DNA of 64,000 bases from Prevotella sp. (GTDB lineage Bacteria > Bacteroidota > Bacteroidia > Bacteroidales > Bacteroidaceae), in contig SUYG01000013.1 in NCBI GenBank assembly GCA_015060555.1, positions 9,174-73,173 on the forward strand, given 5' to 3'. Below are positions 53,373 to 61,425 of the stretch, piece by piece; position 1 is the stretch's first letter, and every line of letters begins with the position of its first letter. Below the pieces are notes generated by a model. It saw only the letters and a list, made by a program, of their open reading frames with translations. It had not been told where the DNA came from and searched no databases. Position numbers and translations under genes: made by a program.

Positions 53373-55931
53373 TTATTGTTGATCGTCGCGGTCGAGGGTC
53401 ACCGTCTGCCCGTCGCTCATTTCTGTGGGCTCAGGGATGTCCTTGGCACGTGCTTCTTCGGGCAGTTCTTCCTCTTCCTCGTCCTCCGTGGTGGGAACGA
53501 TGCAGACGTTGGCGATCACGTCGCCGCGCTTCTGCAGTTCGATGAGTTTCACGCCCTGAGTGGCACGCCCCTGAATCTTGATGTCTTCGAGGTGCATGCG
53601 CAGTGTCACGCCGCTCTTGTTGATAATCATCAGGTCCTCGTCGTTGGTGACACTCTTGATGGCCATGAGCAGACCCGTCTTCTCCGTGACCTCCAGCGTC
53701 TTCACGCCCTTGCCGCCACGGTTGGTGATGCGGTAGTCCTCGACATCGGAGCGCTTGCCGTAGCCCTTTTCGCTGACCACCAGGATGGTCTCCTCCTCGG
53801 GCTTATCGACCACCACCATGCCGACGACTTCGTTGCCCTCGCCTTCGAGGGTGATGCCGCGTACGCCGGTGCTGTTACGTCCCATCGCGCGTACCGTATT
53901 CTCATTGAAGCGCACGGCACGACCCATCTTCGAGGCGATGACCACTTCGTTCTCGCCGTTCGTCAGTGCCACATCCACCACGCGGTCGCCCTCGTTGATG
54001 TTGATGGCGATGACGCCGTTCGTGCGCGGACGGCTGTAGTTGGCCAGCGACGTCTTCTTGATGGTGCCCTCGCGTGTGCAGAACAGCACATAGTGGCTCT
54101 CGTTGAAGTCCTTGTCGTTGAGCTTCCTGATGTAGAGGCATGCGTTGATGCTGTCATCGGGCTCTATGTTGAGCATGTTCTGGATGGCGCGACCCTTCGA
54201 GGCCTTGTTGCCTTCAGGGATGTCATACACCTTCAGCCAGTAGCAGCGACCCTTCTGCGTGAAGAACAGCATCGTGTTGTGCATCGTGGCACGATAGATG
54301 TGTTCGATGAAGTCGCCGTCGCGTGTGGCAGAACCCTTGGCGCCCACGCCGGCACGGCCCTGAGCACGGAACTCAGCCAGCTGGGTGCGCTTGATATATC
54401 CGAGGTGCGAGATGGTGATGACCACTTCATCATCAGCGTAGAAGTCCTCTGGGTTGAATTCTTCACTTGAATACACAATCTCGCTGCGACGGGGATCGCC
54501 GAAGCGCTCCTTCACCTCGATGAGTTCGTCCTTGATGACCTTCCAGCAGAGGGTGTCGTCGGTGAGAATCTGGTTGTAGTATTCGATCTTCTTCATCAGC
54601 TCGTCGTACTCGGCGTGCAGTTTCTCCTGCTGCAGGCCGGTGAGCTGTGCCAGACGCATATCCACGATGGCCTTCGACTGCAGCTCGTCCAGCTTGAAGC
54701 GCTCTTCCAAGCGTTTGCGGGCCTCTTCGGGTGTCTTGCTGGTCTTGATGATCTGCACCACCTCGTCGATGTTGTCGCTGGCGATGATCAAGCCTTCCAG
54801 GATGTGTGCACGCTCCTCGGCCTTGCGCTTGTCGTACTCCGTGCGGCGGATGACCACCTCATGGCGATGCTCCACGAAACACTGGATCATGTCGCGCAGC
54901 GTCATCAGCTTCGGACGACCATTCACCAGTGCGATGCTGTTCACGGAGAACGAGGTCTGCAGCTGTGTCATCTTGAACAGCTTGTTCAGCACCACGTTGG
55001 CGTTGAAGTCGCGCTTCACGTCGATGACGATGCGCATTCCCTCGCGGTCACTCTCGTCGTTGGCATTGGAGATGCCCTCGATCTTGTGCTCGTTCACCAG
55101 GTCGGCGATGCTCTTGATGAGCTCAGCCTTGTTCACGCCGTAGGGAATCTCGCTCACCACGATCTTGTCGTGCTGCTCGCCCGGCTCAATCTCGGCGCGT
55201 GCACGCATCACCACGCGTCCGCGACCTGTCTCATAGGCCTCGCGCACGCCCTGCATACCATAGATGAACGCGCCCGTGGGGAAGTCAGGAGCCGGGATAT
55301 AGTGCATCAGGCCCTCCACGTCGATCTCGGGGTTGTCGATGTAGGCGATACAGCCGTCGATGCACTCGCCCAGGTTGTGGGTCGGGATGTTCGTGGCCAT
55401 ACCCACGGCAATACCCGTGGCGCCGTTCACCAGCAGGTTCGGGAACAGCGTAGGCAGCACGCTGGGCTCCTTCTCCTTGCCGTCGAAGTTATCGACCATG
55501 TCCACCGTCTCCTTCTCCAGGTCCTGCATCATAGCCTCGCCCATCGATGCCAGACGTGCCTCGGTGTAACGCATAGCAGCGGGGCTGTCGCCATCCACGG
55601 AGCCGAAGTTACCCTGACCATCGACAAGCGTATAACGCATGTTCCAGTCCTGTGCCAGACGCACCATGGCGAAATAGACACTGCTGTCGCCGTGGGGGTG
55701 ATAGTGACCGAGCACATTACCTACGGTGCGGGCGCACTTACGGTAGTCTCTGTCATGGGTGTTGCCATCCACGCGCATACCGTAGAGGATACGTCGGTGT
55801 ACGGGTTTGAAGCCGTCGCGAGCATCGGGCAGCGCACGTGCCACGATGACGGACATCGAGTAGTCGAGGAACGAGCTCCGCATCTCGCGCTCGATGTCCA
55901 CTTTGATAATTCTGTCTTCTGAATCTTGCAT
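53373..55931 (-). CDS. gyrA: DNA gyrase subunit A
   Basis: 852 aa. Motifs ARALPDARDGFKPVHRR, HPHGDSSVY (QRDR region) and AAMRYTEARL (catalytic Tyr). It has C-terminal beta-pinwheel repeats and an acidic tail. Confidence 0.95.
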   Translation of the reverse strand: MQDSEDRIIKVDIEREMRSSFLDYSMSVIVARALPDARDGFKPVHRRILYGMRVDGNTHDRDYRKCARTVGNVLGHYHPHGDSSVYFAMVRLAQDWNMRYTLVDGQGNFGSVDGDSPAAMRYTEARLASMGEAMMQDLEKETVDMVDNFDGKEKEPSVLPTLFPNLLVNGATGIAVGMATNIPTHNLGECIDGCIAYIDNPEIDVEGLMHYIPAPDFPTGAFIYGMQGVREAYETGRGRVVMRARAEIEPGEQHDKIVVSEIPYGVNKAELIKSIADLVNEHKIEGISNANDESDREGMRIVIDVKRDFNANVVLNKLFKMTQLQTSFSVNSIALVNGRPKLMTLRDMIQCFVEHRHEVVIRRTEYDKRKAEERAHILEGLIIASDNIDEVVQIIKTSKTPEEARKRLEERFKLDELQSKAIVDMRLAQLTGLQQEKLHAEYDELMKKIEYYNQILTDDTLCWKVIKDELIEVKERFGDPRRSEIVYSSEEFNPEDFYADDEVVITISHLGYIKRTQLAEFRAQGRAGVGAKGSATRDGDFIEHIYRATMHNTMLFFTQKGRCYWLKVYDIPEGNKASKGRAIQNMLNIEPDDSINACLYIRKLNDKDFNESHYVLFCTREGTIKKTSLANYSRPRTNGVIAININEGDRVVDVALTNGENEVVIASKMGRAVRFNENTVRAMGRNSTGVRGITLEGEGNEVVGMVVVDKPEEETILVVSEKGYGKRSDVEDYRITNRGGKGVKTLEVTEKTGLLMAIKSVTNDEDLMIINKSGVTLRMHLEDIKIQGRATQGVKLIELQKRGDVIANVCIVPTTEDEEEEELPEEARAKDIPEPTEMSDGQTVTLDRDDQQ

Positions 55932-56051
55932 TGGTAGTGATGATTATTGATTTTGTATAAATTTTTCCTTCTTGGTAAATCCTTTTCGTGCGTCAGAGGG
56001 CAAATTTTGCGCCTTTTCGGCCATTTGGCACTCCATGCCCCTAAAACCGCA

Positions 56052-56059
56052 CAAAGGTA
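56052..56059 (-). promoter_or_regulatory. candidate -7 box (TACCTTTG) for gyrA
   Basis: The reverse complement of caaaggta lies about 120 nt upstream of the gyrA ATG. Confidence 0.45.
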
Positions 56060-56307
56060 CAACAAATCCCCCACCCCACAAAATCTTTTCCGCTAAAAGT
56101 AGTTAACAAACCCACATTTCATCCAGATTCGCCCGCACACCTATATATGTGTTGCTTGTTCGCTCGCGACCGAACGACCAACACGCCCTACCATTCCGTC
56201 CTGAAGACCTTGCTTCACTTGTACTGATATCGGTTGACACTCAGTCGTGCCCTCACGGCGTTACGCCATTACGCCATTACGCCGTACCATTTGGAAAAAA
56301 ACAAAAT

Positions 56308-56480
56308 CGCGTTGCACCGTTGCAGCGTTGCAGTTAAAAACACAGTACTGGAAAAAGTCAAAACTAAACCCTACTTATATATTTATATATATATAAATAT
56401 ATATATATAAATATATAAGTAGAATTAAATCCACCCCATGAAACACCCTTTTATGAACTGCAACGCTGCAACGCGCAACG
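56308..56480. repeat. nested inverted repeat: triple CGTTGCA(N) arms flanking a 52-nt AT-only palindrome
   Basis: Left arm: CGCGTTGCACCGTTGCAGCGTTGCAGTT (56308-56335). Right arm: AACTGCAACGCTGCAACGCGCAACG (56456-56480), with 18 nt perfectly complementary. The centre, CTACTTATATATTTATATATATATAAATATATATATATAAATATATAAGTAG (56371-56422), has 25/26 arm positions complementary when checked base by base. Confidence 0.9.
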
Positions 56481-56564
56481 CTCCCTCCTCCCCTATTTCC
56501 TGTCTTTTCCTGTCAGAGGTTGACTGCATTTAGGCCTTTTAATTTAACAATTGCCTACCCATAC

Positions 56565-56651
56565 GGAAAAGGTTGACACTTTCTTCCGGATTTGGTTGCC
56601 CGTTTTCCTGAAAGGGTTGTCTCTTTTCCTTAGAACGTTGTCTTCCGACGG
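56565..56651. repeat. four imperfect direct repeats with ~21-22 nt period (GGTTG-N4-5-TTTCCT type)
   Basis: The four units are GGAAAAGGTTGACACTTTCTTCC, GGATTTGGTTGCCCGTTTTCCT, GAAAGGGTTGTCTCTTTTCCT and TAGAACGTTGTCTTCCGACGG. Related TTTCCTGTC x2 and GGTTGAC motifs occur at 56496-56525 and 56232. Confidence 0.7.
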
Positions 56652-56914
56652 ATATTGTTTACTTTTCATCTGTTTTTGTTTACTTCGTACTGAAACAAGC
56701 CATTCGACCCCGAGACGATGAAACTGATATTCAAAAAGCGGAGATAGTACGGGATACGTAAAAGCCTGGGAACTCAGCCCTGCTCTGAGAGGCAGCAATC
56801 AGAAACAAGGGCTCTTTTATAAGAACTACACGGGGACATCGTACGCGAACAAAGTTTTTTCTCTTTAGGAATCATTTTATCCCCTATTTCTTTTTCTCTT
56901 CACATTAAATGTAG

Positions 56915-56922
56915 TACCTTTG
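56915..56922 (+). promoter_or_regulatory. candidate -7 box (TACCTTTG) upstream of the condensation-like gene
   Basis: TAnnTTTG match 67 nt upstream of the ATG at 56989 and 9 nt upstream of a short upstream ORF ATG at 56931. Confidence 0.45.
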
Positions 56923-56988
56923 TGCCCAACATGGCCGCCAGCGACGGTTGTGACATCAACACAAAGTATAAACTAAAGACACAGAACA

Positions 56989-58269
56989 ATGTATAAATAC
57001 AACCCTGACAGCTATCTTCTTTACGGGACGTCAAAGAGCCCGCGCCCGAGTTTTCCCATTCGCATCCGTGTGGTCATGAACGAGGCCGTGAGGGGCGCTG
57101 TCCTCAACAGCGCTGCCCAGAGAGCCATCAGGCGCTATCCCTATTTCGCCGTTCGCGTGGAGGTGGACTCCACAGGAAGCTATGTACTGCAGCCTAACGG
57201 GCAGCCCGTTGTCGTGTGTCCCACGCAGAAGAAGAACCCGGCCCTCGGTTCGGCAGAGGCGAACGGCCACCTGTGCTTCATAGATTATGTGGGCTGCGAC
57301 ATCTTCTTCAACATCCACCACTCTCTGACGGGTGCCGCCGGAATGCTGGAGTGGATCAAGACCACCCTCTACGAATATGTCTGCGAGGCCTACGGCGTCA
57401 AGCCCGACAGCGAGGGCATCCGTCTGGCCGATTCGCCGCTGCTGCCGGGTGAGACGGCCTACCCCGACGCGGCTTCGCTGCCCGACGTGAAGATCACGTT
57501 GCCGTTTGCCGACCGCGAGGCACATTACTTCCAGAAGGATTATGTCATAGGTGCCCTCTGCCCCTTCTACACGCCGCAGTACTACACCTTCGACATCGAA
57601 CAGGAGGCGCTGCTGTTCTATGCCCGCGAACACGGCGGCACCCCCGCCAGCGTGATGGCTGTGCTGATGATGCGAGCCGCCGACATGGTGCTGCCGCAGA
57701 AGGCCGCGACCATCGTTGCCGGCATCACGCACAACTTCTGCGACGACCTGGGCTGTCCCAATTCCTACCGCGACCTGGTGAAGCTGCTGTATGTCCCCTA
57801 CACCCGAGATATGGCCTCATGGTCCATGGACGCGTTGTCTGCCTTCACGCGCAAGACGATGGTCGAGCAGCGCACACCCGAGAATGCTGCCGCCGAGCTG
57901 CGGCGCGTGGTGGCCGACTACGAGGTCACGGACACGCTGCCCACGCTGGCCGACAAGCGCAAATATAATATGACGCACGCGCGCTACGTCAGCCAGCCCC
58001 GCGCTACGTTCAACATCAGCTACGTCGGCCACCAGCAATGGGGAGGACTGGAGCCCTACGTCCGCGCAGCCTACACCCTTGCCGAGGGGCATTTCATGCT
58101 AGAAGTGGTAAATGTCGGACGTCATTTCTGCGTCAGCTTCTTCCTGATGACTCCCGGCCACAAGTACATCCGCAGCTTCCGCCAGGCGCTCGACGCCGAG
58201 CACATCCCCTACACCCTCAACGGTCCCTTCAAGAAGCACCTGCCCGGCGTGGTGCTGCCAAATCAATAA
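56989..58269 (+). CDS. condensation/CAT-like acyltransferase superfamily protein (HHxxxG variant), function unknown
   Basis: 426 aa. FNIHHSLTGAAG resembles the HHxxxDG catalytic motif of condensation, WS/DGAT and PapA5-like enzymes, with Gly in place of Asp. The two-lobe length fits. Assignment is by motif only. Confidence 0.5.
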   Translation: MYKYNPDSYLLYGTSKSPRPSFPIRIRVVMNEAVRGAVLNSAAQRAIRRYPYFAVRVEVDSTGSYVLQPNGQPVVVCPTQKKNPALGSAEANGHLCFIDYVGCDIFFNIHHSLTGAAGMLEWIKTTLYEYVCEAYGVKPDSEGIRLADSPLLPGETAYPDAASLPDVKITLPFADREAHYFQKDYVIGALCPFYTPQYYTFDIEQEALLFYAREHGGTPASVMAVLMMRAADMVLPQKAATIVAGITHNFCDDLGCPNSYRDLVKLLYVPYTRDMASWSMDALSAFTRKTMVEQRTPENAAAELRRVVADYEVTDTLPTLADKRKYNMTHARYVSQPRATFNISYVGHQQWGGLEPYVRAAYTLAEGHFMLEVVNVGRHFCVSFFLMTPGHKYIRSFRQALDAEHIPYTLNGPFKKHLPGVVLPNQ

Positions 58270-58287
58270 CTCAAAAAAACATCCATC

Positions 58288-58569
58288 ATGAGCATCATAG
58301 AAATCATCCTCCTCTACCTTGCCGCCATCAACGTGTTCACGCTGCTTGTGTACGGCTGGGACAAAATCAAGGCGAAGCGTGGTGGATGGCGTATTCCCGA
58401 GGCTACGCTGCTGATGCTGGCTGTCGTCGGCGGCAGCATAGGCGCTACGCTGGCGATGGAATGGTTCCACCACAAAACCCGTCATCGCAAATTCACCATC
58501 GGTATCCCCATCATCATCATGCTGCAAGTAGTCCTCATCGGCTACCTCGCTTACAGCATCGGAGACTAA
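58288..58569 (+). CDS. DUF1294 small membrane protein
   Basis: 93 aa. Motifs YGWDKIKAKRGGWRIPEATLL and GGSIGATLAMEWFHHKTRH are characteristic of DUF1294. Confidence 0.8.
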   Translation: MSIIEIILLYLAAINVFTLLVYGWDKIKAKRGGWRIPEATLLMLAVVGGSIGATLAMEWFHHKTRHRKFTIGIPIIIMLQVVLIGYLAYSIGD

Positions 58570-58714
58570 GAGGACGCGAGTGGTGAGGGCGGTGGATTAG
58601 TATCCCGACTCGATTTGCCTACGCTCTCACGAGTTAGGTGCTGCTTTTGCCCGCTGCAGCCCTCTTCTGCGCAGCTTGTCTTCGCTTTAAAATGGGGGCA
58701 AACCCTTCATTTTA

Positions 58715-58795
58715 TAAGGTCAAGGCCTTCACGCCGTAAGGCCAAGGTCTTCACGCCGTAAGGCCAAGGCCTTCTGAGAGGAGAGTGGGAAGGGA
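58715..58795. repeat. composite repeat module, copy 3 (inverted orientation): 22-nt tandem repeats plus a CTGAGAGG...GTGGGAAGG core remnant
   Basis: CAAGGCCTTCACGCCGTAAGGC (58721-58742) and CAAGGTCTTCACGCCGTAAGGC (58743-58764), followed by the partial CAAGGCCTTCTGAGAGG. The reverse complement CCCACTCTCCTCTCAGAAGG resembles the CCACTCAGAAG core of copies 1 and 2. Confidence 0.7.
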
Positions 58796-58964
58796 GATAA
58801 AAGATATCTTCTGCCCACGCACCATCATGGGCAACGCCCATGAAGGCGGCGAGAAGGATGAAGTAGTAATGTATGTGTTTCATATCGCAGGTTGACAGCA
58901 GCATGGCAGTTAACCGATATCATCAAATCGGCCTTCAGACAGAGACATTCAGGCGGGAGATGAC

Positions 58965-59693
58965 CTACGCCTCGGCATTGAAGTAGTCGTTGAGCGCAGC
59001 AATCGCACTCCCCTCTTTATTAGGCAAATCCCTGATGAGCTTGCCCTTCTCCAAGAGGAGGATGCGCGTGGAGATATCCGAGACGAAGGAGAGGTTGTGG
59101 CTGGAGATGAGGACGGTGGTGCCCAGCGTGCTGTTCATCTCGGCTATCATGCGGGCCACGACAATCTGCGACGATGGGTCGAGGTAGTTGAAGGGCTCGT
59201 CCAACAGCAACACCTTGGGATGAATGAGCATGGCACCGATGATGCCTATCTTCTGACGGTTGCCTTCGGAGAAGTCATGCAGGTACTTCTTCGTGCCCAG
59301 AATCTCGTCGTGCATGAGCGGACGGAACGTTTCCAGCCGTTCGCGCAGGAGTTCGTCGGAAATGCCATAGAGGTGTGCGATGAAGGTGAAGTACTCCTCG
59401 GGCGTGTAGAAGTCAATGAGGAAGCGGCCGTCGATGAACGAGCCGGTGTAGTACTTCCACGCTTCGCTGCCGCCTTTCTGGGGCGCGGGCGCTGCCACGT
59501 CGATGTCGTTGGAGAAGACCTGACCGCTGTCGGCCTTGATCAGGTCCAGGATGAGGCGCAGAAGGGTGGTCTTGCCGGCACCGTTGTTGCCGACGAGGCC
59601 TACGAGTTCGCCACTCTTAATCGTGAGTTCGGGCAAGTCCAATGCCACTTTCTCACCATAACATTTCTTGAGATTTTCGATTCGGAGTTCCAT
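58965..59693 (-). CDS. ABC transporter ATP-binding protein
   Basis: 242 aa. Walker A GNNGAGKTT, signature-like FSEGNRQKIG and Walker B LLLDEP. Confidence 0.88.
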   Translation of the reverse strand: MELRIENLKKCYGEKVALDLPELTIKSGELVGLVGNNGAGKTTLLRLILDLIKADSGQVFSNDIDVAAPAPQKGGSEAWKYYTGSFIDGRFLIDFYTPEEYFTFIAHLYGISDELLRERLETFRPLMHDEILGTKKYLHDFSEGNRQKIGIIGAMLIHPKVLLLDEPFNYLDPSSQIVVARMIAEMNSTLGTTVLISSHNLSFVSDISTRILLLEKGKLIRDLPNKEGSAIAALNDYFNAEA

Positions 59694-59699
59694 TATGTT

Positions 59700-59779
59700 G
59701 TTTCAAGTTTCAGGGTTCAAGGAGTTCAAGGAGTTTAAGGAGTTCAAGGGTAACCCCTTCGCCCTTCGGAGAGGGGTTG
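59700..59779 (-). repeat. (CTTGAACTC/CTTAAACTC)n array plus AACCCCT/AGGGGTT hairpin between the membrane-protein gene and the ABC ATPase gene
   Basis: Sense sequence: ...AACCCCTCTCCGAAGGGCGAAGGGGTTACCCTTGAACTCCTTAAACTCCTTGAACTCCTTGAACCCTGAAACTTGAAACAACATA-ATG. Confidence 0.75.
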
Positions 59780-59793
59780 GGGGTGAGGCTTTT

Positions 59794-61251
59794 TTATTCA
59801 GCTAACCATCGCTCCATGATCTGATAGCGGCGGCGATGCCAGATGGTGGATATCCAATGAATGTAGGGGCGATGCAGCAGGATGCCGAGGATGCCGAGGC
59901 CGCCGACGAGAAGATGGGCATAGAGATGCGGCAACAGGAAGTAGGACGCATAGTAGATGCCCATGGGGATGAACATAACAAAGGAGAAGACGTTGATCTG
60001 CTTGTTGGCGCCCTGGTAGTTGAAGAAGGCGGAGGCAAAGAGATCCATACGGCTGCTGTAGAGGCACGTGGCCATAAACGGCAACACGAAGATGCCGCAG
60101 CTGAACAGCAAGGTGCACAGGAGCGTCCAGAACGACATACCAAGCCACAAGACGCAGGGAAGAATCAACAGGGCCATCGCGCAGCAAATGGCACAGAAGA
60201 ACACGTACTTGCGGCGAAGGATGCCCTCCACGGGCCAAGGCTTCGTCCAGATGCCGGAGCAGAAGTTGGCCTCGCAGCCCATCACCCATTGTGCCAGGAT
60301 GATGCTGGGGAGGGCGATGCCGAACATGAGCATGATGTTGACACCGTTCATGTCCTGCTGGATGGTGTCCTGCTGTTGCATATAGGTGTTCAGCAGGAAG
60401 ATGACCACGATTAAGAAGAAGCTGACACGCAGACGCTTGCTGCGCAACAGCTGCACCCACTCGATGCTCCACAGCGACACCTGACCCAGTGAGCGTACGG
60501 TGGTGGTGACGGGGGCGTGGGTCTCCTCATTATGGTTCTTCATGCGTGAAAAGTAGCGATGCAGGATGAAGCAGACGAGACTATTGAACAGGATGAGCAG
60601 CAGCGAGGCCACGAGTGTGCTCCACTCCGTAGCCATCGGCACAACGGGCTCCGAGGGATCGTCGGCAGCCAAGCCGATGACCACAAAAGCCACGCCGGCA
60701 AGCACATAGACGAGGAAAAGCCAGAAGAGGTAGCCGAAGGCCAGCGGCAGCGTATATTGGTTACCCGGTGCACGACGCCAGCAGTTCTGCAGGAGGGCGT
60801 TGACAAGGGTGCAGGTGTAGGCAGCTACAAAGGTCAGCAGCGCAAATGCAAAGGGCATAAATAGCAATGCCGCGAAGCTGATGGCCAGCGGCAGCATCCA
60901 TTGCAGGAAGCCCACCTTCGTGTCCACCAACACCAGCAGCGCCCATTCGCGAGGCGTGATGGGGCGTGAACGCAGGTAGTCGTCCATCTCCACCGGCGAG
61001 CGCCGCCAGAAGAGCTTCATCATCATGTCGCCCGGGATGATGCTGACGGCCAGTAGCGGCACCAGCGAGATCAGGGGGAAGGGGATTTCGCCGATGCCGC
61101 CAGTCTCGTCGAGAGCGTGCTTGACCCCAAGGAGGACAAAGACAAAGAGCCCGAAGAAATAGGCGCCGATGAATACGTCTTTCCATGTGAAGGCACGGCG
61201 TTTCTGCACCATCCACAAACGGAACAGTTCTTTCGTTGCTGTCGTAATCAT
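59794..61251 (-). CDS. polytopic membrane protein, probable permease partner of the ABC ATPase (DUF5687-like)
   Basis: I chose the start MITTATKELFRLW at 61251, because a TACCTTTG -7 box at 61276-61283 lies inside the longer track ORF. The protein has about 12 hydrophobic segments and I recognise no motifs. The DUF5687 recall is unverified. Confidence 0.6.
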   Translation of the reverse strand: MITTATKELFRLWMVQKRRAFTWKDVFIGAYFFGLFVFVLLGVKHALDETGGIGEIPFPLISLVPLLAVSIIPGDMMMKLFWRRSPVEMDDYLRSRPITPREWALLVLVDTKVGFLQWMLPLAISFAALLFMPFAFALLTFVAAYTCTLVNALLQNCWRRAPGNQYTLPLAFGYLFWLFLVYVLAGVAFVVIGLAADDPSEPVVPMATEWSTLVASLLLILFNSLVCFILHRYFSRMKNHNEETHAPVTTTVRSLGQVSLWSIEWVQLLRSKRLRVSFFLIVVIFLLNTYMQQQDTIQQDMNGVNIMLMFGIALPSIILAQWVMGCEANFCSGIWTKPWPVEGILRRKYVFFCAICCAMALLILPCVLWLGMSFWTLLCTLLFSCGIFVLPFMATCLYSSRMDLFASAFFNYQGANKQINVFSFVMFIPMGIYYASYFLLPHLYAHLLVGGLGILGILLHRPYIHWISTIWHRRRYQIMERWLAE

Positions 61252-61275
61252 AATGTGTTGATATGAATTTGGCGG

Positions 61276-61283
61276 CAAAGGTA
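61276..61283 (-). promoter_or_regulatory. candidate -7 box (TACCTTTG) for the membrane protein/ABC operon
   Basis: The reverse complement of caaaggta lies 25 nt upstream of the ATG at 61251. Confidence 0.45.
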
Positions 61284-61380
61284 CAGCTATTTTGACATTT
61301 TTTAAGCACTTCAACCGTTAAAACCTCTTAATATGTTTAAACTTCGACGGGAGAATCATGTCATGTATTCAATTTTGAAG

Positions 61381-61388
61381 TAACTTTG
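61381..61388 (+). promoter_or_regulatory. candidate -7 box (TAACTTTG) for the TolC/adaptor operon
   Basis: TAnnTTTG match 38 nt upstream of the ATG at 61426. Confidence 0.5.
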
Positions 61389-61425
61389 CGCGGTTTTTAA
61401 CAAGGACAACACATTAGAATCATCA

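Noticed and set aside
53319-55922. Two long plus-strand ORFs (383 and 435 aa) antisense to gyrA
   Set aside because: They are shadow frames of a highly conserved gene. Their composition is dominated by V/L/A/D/H/G runs, and the first begins inside the CACAGATT repeat.
56544-56798. 84-aa minus-strand ORF in the gyrA upstream gap (also 56149-56337 on the plus strand)
   Set aside because: Its sequence is read through the 21-nt direct repeats, giving pseudo-repetitive RK-rich peptide. It has no promoter box or signal, so it is most likely non-coding.
55932-56988. The gyrA upstream gap as the chromosomal replication origin (oriC)
   Set aside because: The iteron-like arms and AT palindrome are suggestive. 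However, I found no convincing DnaA boxes (TTATCCACA or TGTGGATAA), dnaA is not in the window, and gene orientation does not switch cleanly here. I keep it only as a hypothesis to test in the finding.
61252-61314. Longer start for the polytopic membrane protein
   Set aside because: A TACCTTTG -7 box at 61276-61283 lies inside this extension, so transcription probably begins downstream of the track's ATG.
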